A program made the translations under genes and the position numbers. Below are positions 28,265 to 37,669 of a stretch of 64,000 nt of DNA, one piece after another (position 1 is the first letter of the stretch; every line of letters begins with the position of its first letter). This stretch comes from Candidatus Krumholzibacteriia bacterium (lineage in GTDB: Bacteria > Krumholzibacteriota > Krumholzibacteriia > LZORAL124-64-63): positions 1-64,000 of the forward strand of contig JAWOID010000079.1 of NCBI GenBank assembly GCA_046484865.1, read 5' to 3'. The notes beneath the pieces were generated by a model. That model searched no databases. It was given only the letters and a program-made list of their open reading frames with translations, and was not told the DNA's origin.

Positions 28265-29243
28265 CCTTGCCCCCCCGTCCGATCACGATGGTGCCCGCCT
28301 CCTCGAGACTGCGCACGACCTCCACGATCCGCTTCTGCGCCTCCTCGACCTCGCTCAGCCGCACCGGGCCCATGTACTCCATGTCCTCGCGGATCCCCAG
28401 GGCCGCGCGCTTGGACATGTTGTCGAAGATCTTCTCCTTGATCTCCTCGGTCGCGCCCTTGAGCGCGAGCGTGAGTTCCTTGCCGTCGATCTCCTTGAGG
28501 ATCTCCTGGATGTACTTGTCGTTGAGGAGCACCAGGTCCTCGAACACGAACATGAGCTGGTTGACCCCGTTGGCCACCTCGTCGTCGATCTCCCGCATCT
28601 CGTCGAGGATCTCCTGCCAGGTCTCCCGGTCGATCTCGTTGAGGATCTCCGCCACCTGCTTGGGACCGCCGTACTTGCCGCGGCGCGCCGAGATCTGTCC
28701 CTGGAGCTGCCGCGCCAGGACGTCCTCGACCACCTTGATCAGCTCGGCGTTGGGCGCGTCGAGCACGGCCATGCGGTAGGCCACGTCCCCCTGCAGCTCG
28801 GCCGGCAGCAGCGAGAGGATGGGCCCGCTGTTGCGCGGATCCATGTGGGCCAGCACCACCGCCACCGTCTGCGGGTGCTCGTTCTTGAGGTAGTTCGCCA
28901 CCGTGAGCGGGTCCACCGCTCGCAGGTTCTCGAAGCTCTTGATCTCGCTGTAGCTGGTCACCCGGCTCAGCAGCGAGCTGGCCTTGTGGGTGCCGAAGCC
29001 CGACTCGAGGATCTGCTTCGCCGTCTCCTCGCCGCCCACCGCCACGCCGGAAATGCTGCTCGAGATCTGCACGAACTCGCCCAGCACCTTCTTCTTGTCG
29101 GCGAACGGCACGTGGCCGACGGTCGCGATGGAATGGGTGATCTTCTCGACCAGGCTCTCGGGCAGCTTGCTGAGGACCTGGCCGGCCACCTCCGGTCCGA
29201 GGGCCATCAGGAAGACCGCTGTCTTGCGCAGGTTCTCGCTCAT
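28245..29243 (-). CDS. fliG: Rotor protein FliG
   Basis: EHPQTVAVVL, GG..VAEILN, MFVFEDL, NMSKRA. Confidence 0.97.
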   Translation of the reverse strand: MSENLRKTAVFLMALGPEVAGQVLSKLPESLVEKITHSIATVGHVPFADKKKVLGEFVQISSSISGVAVGGEETAKQILESGFGTHKASSLLSRVTSYSEIKSFENLRAVDPLTVANYLKNEHPQTVAVVLAHMDPRNSGPILSLLPAELQGDVAYRMAVLDAPNAELIKVVEDVLARQLQGQISARRGKYGGPKQVAEILNEIDRETWQEILDEMREIDDEVANGVNQLMFVFEDLVLLNDKYIQEILKEIDGKELTLALKGATEEIKEKIFDNMSKRAALGIREDMEYMGPVRLSEVEEAQKRIVEVVRSLEEAGTIVIGRGGKDADMVS

Positions 29244-30775
29244 CACGCCGCCCCGCCCATGGATCGGGACCGCTGCTCGCGGTTCCAGTCCTCCTCGTAG
29301 ATCCAGGACTGGATCACCTCGGCCACACGGTCCGGGTTCTCCGCCGCGTACTCCTGGACGTCCTCGATCATCTGGTCCGTCATGTCCGGCAGCCCCTCGA
29401 AGCGTTCGGGCGGGGCGACCGCCTCGCCGCCGCCGGCGGTCCGTCGCGCCGGAAACACCTCGGCGAGGACGCGCTCGAGGTTGCGGCGGAAGCTCAGCAG
29501 CAGTCCGACCAGCAGGGCAAGCAGGAACAGGCGACCGCCATACTGCGGCACCAGCTCCAGCCAGCGCGTGGCCGGCACGCCGCCGCTCGTCGGCGCGTCG
29601 CGCCGGTTCGAGAACGGCATGTTCACCACCTCGATCTGGTCGCCGCGCACCGAGTTCAGACCCACGGCCGTGGCGACGATGCGCCGGATCTGGTTCAGCT
29701 CGTCGTCGGGCAGGGGCCGATACACCGGTTCCCCGCCGCCCTCCGGCGCCGCCCAGACGCCGTCGACGAACACCGCCACCGACAGCGCCTTCACGCCGCC
29801 GGTCTCGCCCACGACGCGCTCGACGGTGCGGTTGATCTCGTAGTTCGTGACGCTGCTCTCGTCGTTGGCTCCGCTCTGCGTCTCGCTGGTCTCCTGCCTC
29901 TCTTCGCTGCGGACGACCGCTCCCTGGGGGTCGAAGATCTCGCGCTCGCGGTCGAGCTTCTCGAAGTTGAGCGTGGCGTCCACGCGCACGATGGCGCGGT
30001 CCGGGCCGAGCACCTCGCCCAGCATGCTCTGGGCCTTCTCGGTGAGGTGGAACTCGACCTCCTTCTTGAGAGCGAGCTGCCCCTCGCTGCGTCCGACGGA
30101 ATCGTCGGCGTAGGCGGGCGACAGTTCCTTGCCGTGCTGGTCGATGACCGTCACGTGCTCCGGCGTCAGCGCCTCCACGCTTCCCGCCACCAGGCTCCGG
30201 ATGCCGGCGATCTGGGACTCGCTCGGGCGAGCCATCCGCTCCAGCCTCAGCACCACCGAGGCGGTGGCGGCCGACTCCTCGCGCCGGAAGATCGACGGCT
30301 TCGGCAGGACCAGGTGGACGCGCGCCGACTCGATGCCCTGCAGCGTCTCGATCGACTTCGTCAGTTCGCCCTCGAGGGCCCGCTTGAAGTTGACGTTCTG
30401 CAGGAACTCGGTGAGTCCGTACTGCTGTCCGTCGAAGATCTCGAAACCCACCGTGCTAGCCGCCGGGATGCCCCGCGCCGCCAGGTCGACCCGCAGCCGG
30501 TGGACCCGCGATGCCGGCACCATCACCGTAGTGCCGCCGTTGGCCAGCCGGGCCGGCACGTCGAGCTTCGCGAGTTCCTCCAGGGCGGCCGATGCATCGG
30601 CCGGTCCCAGGTTCGCGAAGAGCACGGCCTGCTCCTCGCGGCCGAGCCACAGGCCGAACACGGTCATGCTGACCAGCGCCGCCACGGCCACTCCGCCCAG
30701 CACCACGCGCTGGCCGAAGGACAGCCCCTGCAGCCCCCGTCCGAACCTCGCGATCACGTCTCTGACGCCTGTCAC
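29243..30775 (-). CDS. fliF: MS-ring protein FliF
   Basis: Two TMs; GFEIFD, RALEGEL, ARVHLVLP, NYEIN, RGDQIEVVNMPF. Confidence 0.96.
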   Translation of the reverse strand: MTGVRDVIARFGRGLQGLSFGQRVVLGGVAVAALVSMTVFGLWLGREEQAVLFANLGPADASAALEELAKLDVPARLANGGTTVMVPASRVHRLRVDLAARGIPAASTVGFEIFDGQQYGLTEFLQNVNFKRALEGELTKSIETLQGIESARVHLVLPKPSIFRREESAATASVVLRLERMARPSESQIAGIRSLVAGSVEALTPEHVTVIDQHGKELSPAYADDSVGRSEGQLALKKEVEFHLTEKAQSMLGEVLGPDRAIVRVDATLNFEKLDREREIFDPQGAVVRSEERQETSETQSGANDESSVTNYEINRTVERVVGETGGVKALSVAVFVDGVWAAPEGGGEPVYRPLPDDELNQIRRIVATAVGLNSVRGDQIEVVNMPFSNRRDAPTSGGVPATRWLELVPQYGGRLFLLALLVGLLLSFRRNLERVLAEVFPARRTAGGGEAVAPPERFEGLPDMTDQMIEDVQEYAAENPDRVAEVIQSWIYEEDWNREQRSRSMGGAA

Positions 30776-30833
30776 GTCGTCTCCTCGGCTTGCCGACCCC
30801 GCCGGCGCCCCCGCTCACCAGACGCGGCGGACG

Positions 30834-31133
30834 CTACACCTGCATGCGCATGATCTCCTGGTACGACTCGAGCAGCTTGTTGCGCACCTCGAGCATCAGC
30901 TCGAACGCGAGCTGCGCCTCCTCGGCGGCCACCATGACGTCGTGGACCTCGGTCATTTCGCCGCGCACCATCTGCTCCACCGTATCGTCCCGGTTCACCT
31001 GCAGGCGGTTCACCTCCTGCAGTGCCGACGAGAGCTGGCTCGCGAAGCCGCCCCGCGGCGTGGCGGCGGCCTGACCGCCGTAGACCTGGCGCGGGTCGAT
31101 CGATCCCAGGGAACGCACCGGTCCGACGCTCAT
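30834..31133 (-). CDS. fliE: Hook-basal body protein FliE
   Basis: VHDVMVA, VRNKLLESYQEIMRMQV. Confidence 0.96.
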   Translation of the reverse strand: MSVGPVRSLGSIDPRQVYGGQAAATPRGGFASQLSSALQEVNRLQVNRDDTVEQMVRGEMTEVHDVMVAAEEAQLAFELMLEVRNKLLESYQEIMRMQV

Positions 31134-31203
31134 CTGGCTCCTCCTCGGCGCCGCCTCACGACGCCCGGCTGCTTCCGCCCCCGTTCCGCCCGGGGCGGCC
31201 CGG

Positions 31204-31707
31204 CTAGATCTTCAGCGCGTCGTTGAACATCTCCTTGGCGGACTGCACGGCGCTCACGTTGGCCTCGTAGGCCCGGCTGGCCGTGATCATGTCCACCATC
31301 TCGGTGATCACGTTGACGTTCGGCAGCAGCACGTAGCCCTCGGCATCGGCGTCGGGATGCCCGGGGTCGAAGACGACCCGGAAGTCCGACGCGTCCGCCG
31401 CCGTCGTCACCTCGGTGCGCACGCCGCAGGTGGTGTCGTCCTGCAGGGGGCGCAGGCCGGCCATGTGGGCGCGATGCGTGAGCGCGACGCGCGTGCCGCC
31501 CTCGTCGGCGTGGCGCAGGGGCGTGCGCTCGAGTCGCCGCTGCAGCACCTCCTCGAAGACCGCCCGCTGACGCCGATAGGGCGTCCCGTCCTCGGTGCGC
31601 GTCGTCTCGGCATTGGCCAGGTTTCGCGCCACCACGTCCATCTTCACGCGCTGGCCGCGCAGCCCGGTGGCGCTGATCCGGATGGAATCGAAGAGCCCCT
31701 TGCTCAC
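31204..31707 (-). CDS. flgC: Rod protein FlgC
   Basis: NLANAETTR, PYRR, DPGHPDAD, PNVN, ASRAYEAN. Confidence 0.96.
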   Translation of the reverse strand: MSKGLFDSIRISATGLRGQRVKMDVVARNLANAETTRTEDGTPYRRQRAVFEEVLQRRLERTPLRHADEGGTRVALTHRAHMAGLRPLQDDTTCGVRTEVTTAADASDFRVVFDPGHPDADAEGYVLLPNVNVITEMVDMITASRAYEANVSAVQSAKEMFNDALKI

Positions 31708-31775
31708 GGTCGCCCCTTCCGCTCGGCCCGCACGTCCGTGCGGCGCCCCTGAATGCCGCCCGCCGCCGCCCCCGC

Positions 31776-32186
31776 CTACCGCATCTGGCCGCGAACCGCG
31801 CCGCGCAACAGGCCGTACTTCATGCTCAGCAGCCGCGTGGCGAGCCGGTAGCTGAGGTCGTTCGTCGCCAGGGCCGCCATCTCAGCGTCGACGTCCACGT
31901 CGTTGACGCCGTTGTCGTAGTCGACGCCGGTCTCCTGCACCTCGCCCACGGCGTCTGCCAGGCCGCGCCGGCCCACGGGCAGGTGGTGCGCGTTCGTGCG
32001 CACGCCCTGCAACCGGCGGCTGGCGCCGTCCAGCTCCTCCTCGAAGCGGACGGCCCGCGACCGGTAGCCATCCGTCTGGACGTTGGCGATGTTCTCGGCC
32101 GTCACCTCGTGCCGACGTGCGTAGACGTCCAGCGCGACCTTCAGGTCGTCGAGGTGGCTCTTGCCGAAGATGCCGCTCGTCACCAT
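31776..32186 (-). CDS. flgB: Rod protein FlgB
   Basis: NIANVQTDGY, NDVDVDAEM. Confidence 0.92.
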   Translation of the reverse strand: MVTSGIFGKSHLDDLKVALDVYARRHEVTAENIANVQTDGYRSRAVRFEEELDGASRRLQGVRTNAHHLPVGRRGLADAVGEVQETGVDYDNGVNDVDVDAEMAALATNDLSYRLATRLLSMKYGLLRGAVRGQMR

Positions 32187-32190
32187 GCCG

Positions 32191-33561
32191 TCACCCCGGG
32201 ATCTCGACGCCGAGGTCGGTGTACAGGTGCAGCTTGTTGCGCAGCGTGCGGACGCTGATCCCCAGCTCCGCAGCCGCCCGCGTGCGATTGCCGCCCGTGC
32301 TGCGCAGCTTGCGCAGGATCAGCTGCTGCTCCATGTCCTTCAGCGTCGTCGCCTCGGAGAACTGCGGTTCGCCGCGCACCCCGTCCATCTCGTCGGCCAG
32401 ACCGAGGATGCTCTCGTCCAGCGCCGTGCCGCGCGACATCACCACCGCACGCTCCACCACGTTCTGGAGCTGGCGCACGTTGCCCGGCCAGTCCAGACGG
32501 ATGAGTCCGCGCATCGCGTCCTCGCCGATGGCGAGCACCGGCTTGGCGTTCTCGGCGCAGAACGTGCGGCAGAAGTGGTTGGTCAGCAGGGGGATGTCCT
32601 CCTTGCGCTGGCGCAGCGGCGGTATGGGCAGCGGGATGACGTTCAGACGGAAGTAGAGGTCCTCCCGGAATTCCCTCGCCTCGATCGCTTCCTGCAGGTT
32701 GCGGTTGGTCGTGGCGATGATGCGCACGTCCGCCCGCGTGGGCTCCTTCGCGCCCAGGCGCGTGAACTCGCGTTCCTGCAGCACCCGCAGCAGCTTGGCC
32801 TGCATCGCGTAGGCCATCTCGCTGATCTCGTCCAGCAGCAGGGTGCCGCCGTCCGCCAGTTCGAACTTGCCGGGCCGGGCCTGGATCGCGCCCGTGAAGG
32901 CGCCGCGCTCGTGCCCGAACAGCTCCGACTCCAGCAGCGGCTCGGGGATGGCGGCGCAGTTGATGCGCACGAACGGCCCGTCCCGCCGGCAGCCGGCGTT
33001 GTGAATGGCGCGGGCCGCCACCTCCTTGCCCGTTCCGCTCTCGCCCTGCAGCAGCACCGTGCCGCGACTGTCGGCGATCATCTGGATGGTCTCGCGCAGG
33101 CGCACGATGGCCGGGCTGTTGCCCAGCATGCCGTGGTGCTCGCGGGCCGAGCGCAGCGTCGAGCGCAGGCTGCGGTTCTCGTCGCGCAGCGCGCGCAGTT
33201 CGAACGCCCTGCCCAGGGCGTGCTCGAGCTGGTCGAGACCGAAGGGCTTGGGGAGGTAGTCCACCGCGCCCTCCTTGGTGGCCTGCACGGCCTCCTTGAT
33301 GGTGCCGAAGGCCGTCATCATGATCACCAGCGGCGGCGGCGAGACGGCGGCCTGGATGTCGGCCAGCAGCGTCAGACCGTCGCCCCCGGGCATGCGCACG
33401 TCGCTGAGGACCACGTCGCAGGGCTCGCGCCGCAGCAACTCGATGGCCTCGCCGCCGTGACGCGCCGTTCGCACGCGATACCGCCCGGAGAGGGAGGCGC
33501 TGAGGAAGTCGCGCATGGTGGATTCGTCGTCGACCACGAGGATGCTGAGCTTGCTCGCCAT
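32191..33561 (-). CDS. sigma54 response regulator, FleR/FlgR/FlrC-like
   Basis: Receiver (VVDDE, SDVRMP, YLPKP), [17 protein letters not shown] ending [11 protein letters not shown]; directly upstream of flgB. Confidence 0.92.
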   Translation of the reverse strand: MASKLSILVVDDESTMRDFLSASLSGRYRVRTARHGGEAIELLRREPCDVVLSDVRMPGGDGLTLLADIQAAVSPPPLVIMMTAFGTIKEAVQATKEGAVDYLPKPFGLDQLEHALGRAFELRALRDENRSLRSTLRSAREHHGMLGNSPAIVRLRETIQMIADSRGTVLLQGESGTGKEVAARAIHNAGCRRDGPFVRINCAAIPEPLLESELFGHERGAFTGAIQARPGKFELADGGTLLLDEISEMAYAMQAKLLRVLQEREFTRLGAKEPTRADVRIIATTNRNLQEAIEAREFREDLYFRLNVIPLPIPPLRQRKEDIPLLTNHFCRTFCAENAKPVLAIGEDAMRGLIRLDWPGNVRQLQNVVERAVVMSRGTALDESILGLADEMDGVRGEPQFSEATTLKDMEQQLILRKLRSTGGNRTRAAAELGISVRTLRNKLHLYTDLGVEIPG

Positions 33562-33563
33562 GA

Positions 33564-34355
33564 TCAGGATCCGCTCCCCTCTGCAGCCATCGGGACCGCG
33601 CCGCCGGCGCTGGTACGCGCCACGTCCAGCGAGGCCACCGTTCCCATGCCCGGCACGCTCGCCAGCGACCAGGCCAGTCCGTACATCTCCGCGATCGTGT
33701 CGACCCGCGCCAGACCCACGCCCAGGCGGCCGTCCTTGGTGGTGACGAAGGGATCGATCGCCTCCTCCGGCGCCAGGCCCGCGAGGAGTCCGCGGCCGTC
33801 GTCGCCCACGCTCAGCACCAGGCGGCCTTCGCCCCGCTCACCGGTGCGCCGGCGCACGCCCAGGCGGACGGTCACGCGCCCCGGATCGTCGCGTCCGTTC
33901 CCTTCCGCGCAGTTGGCCAGCAACTCGGCCAGGATCAGCTCCAGATCGCAGTCGGGCATCAGCAGCTCGCCCGTCCCGTCCGGCAGCGCCGCCACCACGA
34001 GGTTGCGGTGGCGTCGCGTCGCGCGTTCGGCGGCCCGCGCCAGCACACCGGTCAGGTCGCCGCCCGCCGCGGCCGGCGGTTCGGGGAAGGCCATGTCCTG
34101 GACCGACCGGTAGATGGCCTCGAGCCGCTCGACCTCGGCGATGATCTTCCGGGCCCAGCGGCCGTCGCGGTCGCCGTCGCCGGCAACGCTGCGTGCGGCG
34201 ATGAGGCTGGCGTAGCCCTTGATGCCGCACAGGCTGTTGCTCGTCTTGTGCAGGTAGCCGTGCAGCAGGCGGCCCCGCCGGTCGCGCCGCCGGCGCGGCG
34301 GCCGGTCGGCCGGACCCGCGTGAGCGCCCTCGGGCAGCTTCAGCGCCGGTTCCAT
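33564..34355 (-). CDS. Sensor-less histidine kinase core (FleS/FlgS-like)
   Basis: Atypical H-box LHKTSNSL, N-box ELLAN, DDGRG, PFVTTK, GRLGVGL; GGAGG RBS. Confidence 0.75.
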   Translation of the reverse strand: MEPALKLPEGAHAGPADRPPRRRRDRRGRLLHGYLHKTSNSLCGIKGYASLIAARSVAGDGDRDGRWARKIIAEVERLEAIYRSVQDMAFPEPPAAAGGDLTGVLARAAERATRRHRNLVVAALPDGTGELLMPDCDLELILAELLANCAEGNGRDDPGRVTVRLGVRRRTGERGEGRLVLSVGDDGRGLLAGLAPEEAIDPFVTTKDGRLGVGLARVDTIAEMYGLAWSLASVPGMGTVASLDVARTSAGGAVPMAAEGSGS

Positions 34356-34789
34356 GCGACCTCCTCCACCCCGGCAGCCAGCGGCGCGCCTCCCCGGCAC
34401 TGGCCCAGCAGTTCGCGGTCGCACATCTCCTCGCAACGGATGATGTCCTCGATCACCGTGCTCACCTCGCGCAGCGACCGGTGCAGGCGCGCCTTCGCCT
34501 CCGGGCTCCAGTGTGCACGTCCGGCCCGCCACTGTTCCTTGCTGCGGCGTTCGGTCAGCTCCAGGCGCCCGATGTCCACCAGGCACGCCTTCTTCTGCTC
34601 GAGGAGATTCCGGATCTCGGCCATGGGGGCGCCGCGACGCAGCGCCTCCAGCTCCGTCCGGCCGAACTCGCGGACGCGCCGGTAGATCGTCGCCTGTTCC
34701 CGGTAAAGGCTTTCGAGCCGCTCCACCAGCCGCGCCTCCGCGCCGCCGGCGCGAGGCGACTCAGCGGCCGTAGAAGGGTGCGGTGCCAT
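34340..34789 (-). CDS. FlgN/FliT-like helical protein
   Basis: All-helical pattern LESLYREQ, LLEQKKACL, IEDII..E..DRELL; overlaps both neighbours. Confidence 0.55.
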   Translation of the reverse strand: MAPHPSTAAESPRAGGAEARLVERLESLYREQATIYRRVREFGRTELEALRRGAPMAEIRNLLEQKKACLVDIGRLELTERRSKEQWRAGRAHWSPEAKARLHRSLREVSTVIEDIIRCEEMCDRELLGQCRGGAPLAAGVEEVAWNRR

Positions 34790-35891
34790 AAGGCTCCCCC
34801 TCCTTCCGGATCCGGGCCAGTTCGCGAGCGGTGGCCGCCAGCTCGCCGCTCGCGGTGCTCCACGGCCCCTCGACCCGGACCTCGGCGAGCCGCAGCAGCC
34901 GCTCGGCGGCGCGGTCGAACCGCGCCTCGGTCAGATCGAGGCAGGCCAGGTGGAACTCGGCGTGCAATCGCGCCCGTTCGAGGCCGCAATGGGCCAGCAC
35001 GCCGTAAAGCTCGCGGGCGGTGCGGTGATCTCCGAGCAGGAAGAAGAGATCGGGCATGGCGGTCAGGGCCCAGGTCCGCTGGTCCTCGGCGAGGTCGCGG
35101 GAGAGTCCACCGCCCGCCATGAGCAGCCGCAGCTGCGCCAGAGCGTCGTCCCGGCGAGCGCGCGCCGCCAGGCCGAACGCGTACCAGTACCGCAAGTGGT
35201 CTCCCAGTTCCGCGTCGTGGGCGTCGAGGTTGGCGAGCAGCCGATCCAGGAGGTGGTCGTCGCCGCTGCCGGTCGCGTGACGCACGGCGATGACGATCTC
35301 CCGCTCGCGCCCGGTCACGCCCTCGGTCGCGGCGGTGGCGGCCAGGCGGGCTGCCAGCACGACACTGTCTCCCAGCGCCACGGCGGCCGCCAGGGCCTCG
35401 CGCCGGACCTCGGCACGGAAGGCGCCGCTGGTGTCCCGTGCGGCGGCACGGTCGAACCAGACCAGCGCGCTGTCCCACTCCGCAAGGCCGAGGTAGTTGC
35501 GGGCCATGCTCAGCGCGTGGCCGGCGCCGCCACCGGAGCCGTGCCCGGAGTTCCGTTCAGCGTCCGCGACCGCGCGCGCCACGGCCAGGTGACGGTGCGG
35601 GTTCTCCTCGCCCGCGGGCAGCGGCTGCAGATCGAAGGGGTAGAGCGGCGGCGCCTCGTCAAGGCCTCGGGCCTGCCTGGCCGCCACGGTCTGCTCCAGC
35701 GAGTGGAGCCACTGCAGGTAGCCGTCGGCCTCCTCGCGCATCAGCGGCGGCGGCGCCGTCGGCGCGGCCGCCGGTGCCTCCCCGGGCCGGAGCGAGGCCA
35801 GCAGCAGCACGGCCAGAAGGCCGGCCGTGGTGCTGGTGAGTGTCGAACGGATCGATGGCAACTTCTTCCCCTTGTCGGCAGCGACATCCAT
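34761..35891 (-). CDS. Exported/membrane-anchored TPR-like hypothetical protein
   Basis: Hydrophobic N-terminal AGLLAVLLLASL; TPR-like helices (ARNYLGLAEWDSALVWF, FFLLGDHRTARELY); start uncertain. Confidence 0.65.
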   Translation of the reverse strand: MDVAADKGKKLPSIRSTLTSTTAGLLAVLLLASLRPGEAPAAAPTAPPPLMREEADGYLQWLHSLEQTVAARQARGLDEAPPLYPFDLQPLPAGEENPHRHLAVARAVADAERNSGHGSGGGAGHALSMARNYLGLAEWDSALVWFDRAAARDTSGAFRAEVRREALAAAVALGDSVVLAARLAATAATEGVTGREREIVIAVRHATGSGDDHLLDRLLANLDAHDAELGDHLRYWYAFGLAARARRDDALAQLRLLMAGGGLSRDLAEDQRTWALTAMPDLFFLLGDHRTARELYGVLAHCGLERARLHAEFHLACLDLTEARFDRAAERLLRLAEVRVEGPWSTASGELAATARELARIRKEGEPYGTAPFYGR

Positions 35892-35906
35892 AAGGACGCG
35901 CCGTCC

Positions 35907-35921
35907 GCAAGGGTCGTGCCC
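35907..35921 (-). promoter_or_regulatory. sigma54 promoter heading the basal-body operon
   Basis: GGGCAC-GACCC-TTGC. Confidence 0.7.
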
Positions 35922-36202
35922 CTGCCGAGGGGCCCGAATTCACGCCCGCACGGCCGTCGCGGCGGTGTTCCGAGGCCGGGCTCTGCTCACCGATGATCAG
36001 ATTACGGCCACCGGGACCGTGGCCTGCAGGGTGGGAAGAAAGCGACCGCCGACAGGCGGGGCGCCGCCGGACGCGAGGGCGGCGGCGCCTGCGGCGGCGG
36101 TCGCGGCAGCGGCCGCGGCGGCAGCTGCCGCCGGCGGTCAGGGGAGAACGGAGACGGGCCGCCGCGCGCGGCCGGATGCCCGCGCCCGACGGCCCGTCCA
36201 GT

Positions 36203-37669
36203 TCATCCTTCGGCTCGGCCGGCGAGCGGCTCGTCCTGGTCGCCGTCGTCCGCGCTGTTCGCCTGCTCGTAGAGGCGCAGCTTCTCGCGCAGGGTCTGCC
36301 GGCTGATCCCCAGGATGCGTGCCGCCTTCGACTTGTTGTTGTCCGTCATCTCCAGGAGATAGAGGATGTGCTGCTTCTCCACCTCGGCCAGCGGCCGGAG
36401 GCCGTGGCCCGCCGTGCCCGCCGGCATCCCCATGCCCCGCGGGTTGCGTCCTTCCCGGACGTGCGGTGGGAAATGCTGCGGCTCGAGCCGGCGCGGCTCC
36501 TCCAGGATCATGATGCGCTTGAGCATGTTCTTCAGCTCTCGCACGTTGCCGGGCCACGGGTACCGTTGCAGCACCTCCAGGAGCTGTGCGCTCACGGGTT
36601 CCGCCTCCACCCCGAGTGTTCCCTCGAACTCCCGCAGGAAGTGGTTCACCAGCACCTCGAGATCCTGCGGCCGCTCCCGCAGCGGCGGCACGTCGATCTC
36701 CACCACCTGCAGCCGGTAGTAGAGGTCGTTGCGGAAGGCGCCGGCCTCGATGGCCTCGGCCAGCCGCCGGTTCGTGGCCGCGACGATGCGGGCGTTCACC
36801 GTCAGCTCGTCCTTGCCGCCGACGCGGCGGAAGCGGCGATTCTCCAGCACCCGCAGCAGGCGGCTCTGGAGGAGGATGCCCATCTCGCCGATCTCGTCCA
36901 GGAAGATGGTCCCCTGCGCCGCCAGCTCGAAGAGCCCTTCCTTGCGGGCCTTGGCGTCGGTGAACGCGCCCTTCTCATAGCCGAACAGCTCGCTCTCGAG
37001 GAGCGTCTCGGGAACGGCGGCACAGTTGATCTCCATGAAGGGCTCGTCGCGGGTGCCGCTCACCTCGTGGACGGCGCGCGCAACGATCTCCTTGCCGGAG
37101 CCGGACTCGCCCTGGATCAGCACCGAGGTGTCGTTGCCGCTGCGGCTCTTGCCGATCTTCTCGAGGACGCGCGCCACGCCGGCCAGGCCGGGGCACGCCG
37201 CGATCATCTCCATCGAGACGCCGTCCGAAGCGGCCGCGGCGGCCGCAGCGACGGCGACGGCCGCGGCGGGACGCTCGATCGCCTCGTCGACGCTCTCCGG
37301 ATCGCGCGCCGCGCGCAGGGCGGCGCGCACCTGCTTCTTCATCGTGCCGAGCTTGAACGGCTTGGGGATGAAGTCGTAGGCCCCGAAGCGCATCGCCGCC
37401 ACGGCGGTGTCCACGTCGCCGTACGCCGTCATCATGATCACCGGCGTGGTCTTGCCCTGGTTGCGCAGCGCCTTCAGGATGTCCAGGCCGCTCACCCCGG
37501 GCAGGCGCAGGTCGGTGACCAGCAGGTCGAAGGCTTCGCCGTGCGCCCGCGCCAGCGCCTCCTCTCCGCTCTCGGCCGCGACCACCTCGTAGCCCTCCGC
37601 GCCGAGCGCCTCCACCAGCGACATGCGAATGGTGGCCTCGTCGTCGACGACCAGGATCTTCTTGCTCAT
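36203..37669 (-). CDS. NtrC/AtoC-family sigma54 response regulator
   Basis: Receiver (VVDDE, TDLRLP, FIPKP), GESGSGKE, GAFTDA variant, WPGNVREL, HTH. Confidence 0.92.
   Translation of the reverse strand: MSKKILVVDDEATIRMSLVEALGAEGYEVVAAESGEEALARAHGEAFDLLVTDLRLPGVSGLDILKALRNQGKTTPVIMMTAYGDVDTAVAAMRFGAYDFIPKPFKLGTMKKQVRAALRAARDPESVDEAIERPAAAVAVAAAAAAASDGVSMEMIAACPGLAGVARVLEKIGKSRSGNDTSVLIQGESGSGKEIVARAVHEVSGTRDEPFMEINCAAVPETLLESELFGYEKGAFTDAKARKEGLFELAAQGTIFLDEIGEMGILLQSRLLRVLENRRFRRVGGKDELTVNARIVAATNRRLAEAIEAGAFRNDLYYRLQVVEIDVPPLRERPQDLEVLVNHFLREFEGTLGVEAEPVSAQLLEVLQRYPWPGNVRELKNMLKRIMILEEPRRLEPQHFPPHVREGRNPRGMGMPAGTAGHGLRPLAEVEKQHILYLLEMTDNNKSKAARILGISRQTLREKLRLYEQANSADDGDQDEPLAGRAEG

Noticed and set aside
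26152..30775. Non-flagellar type III secretion system
   Set aside because: Rod, hook, ring, stator and flagellin genes are all present, so the export genes are flagellar.
36060..36140. GCGGCGGC-rich intergenic tract as an sRNA or repeat element
   Set aside because: Low-complexity GC sequence with no defined unit or family features.
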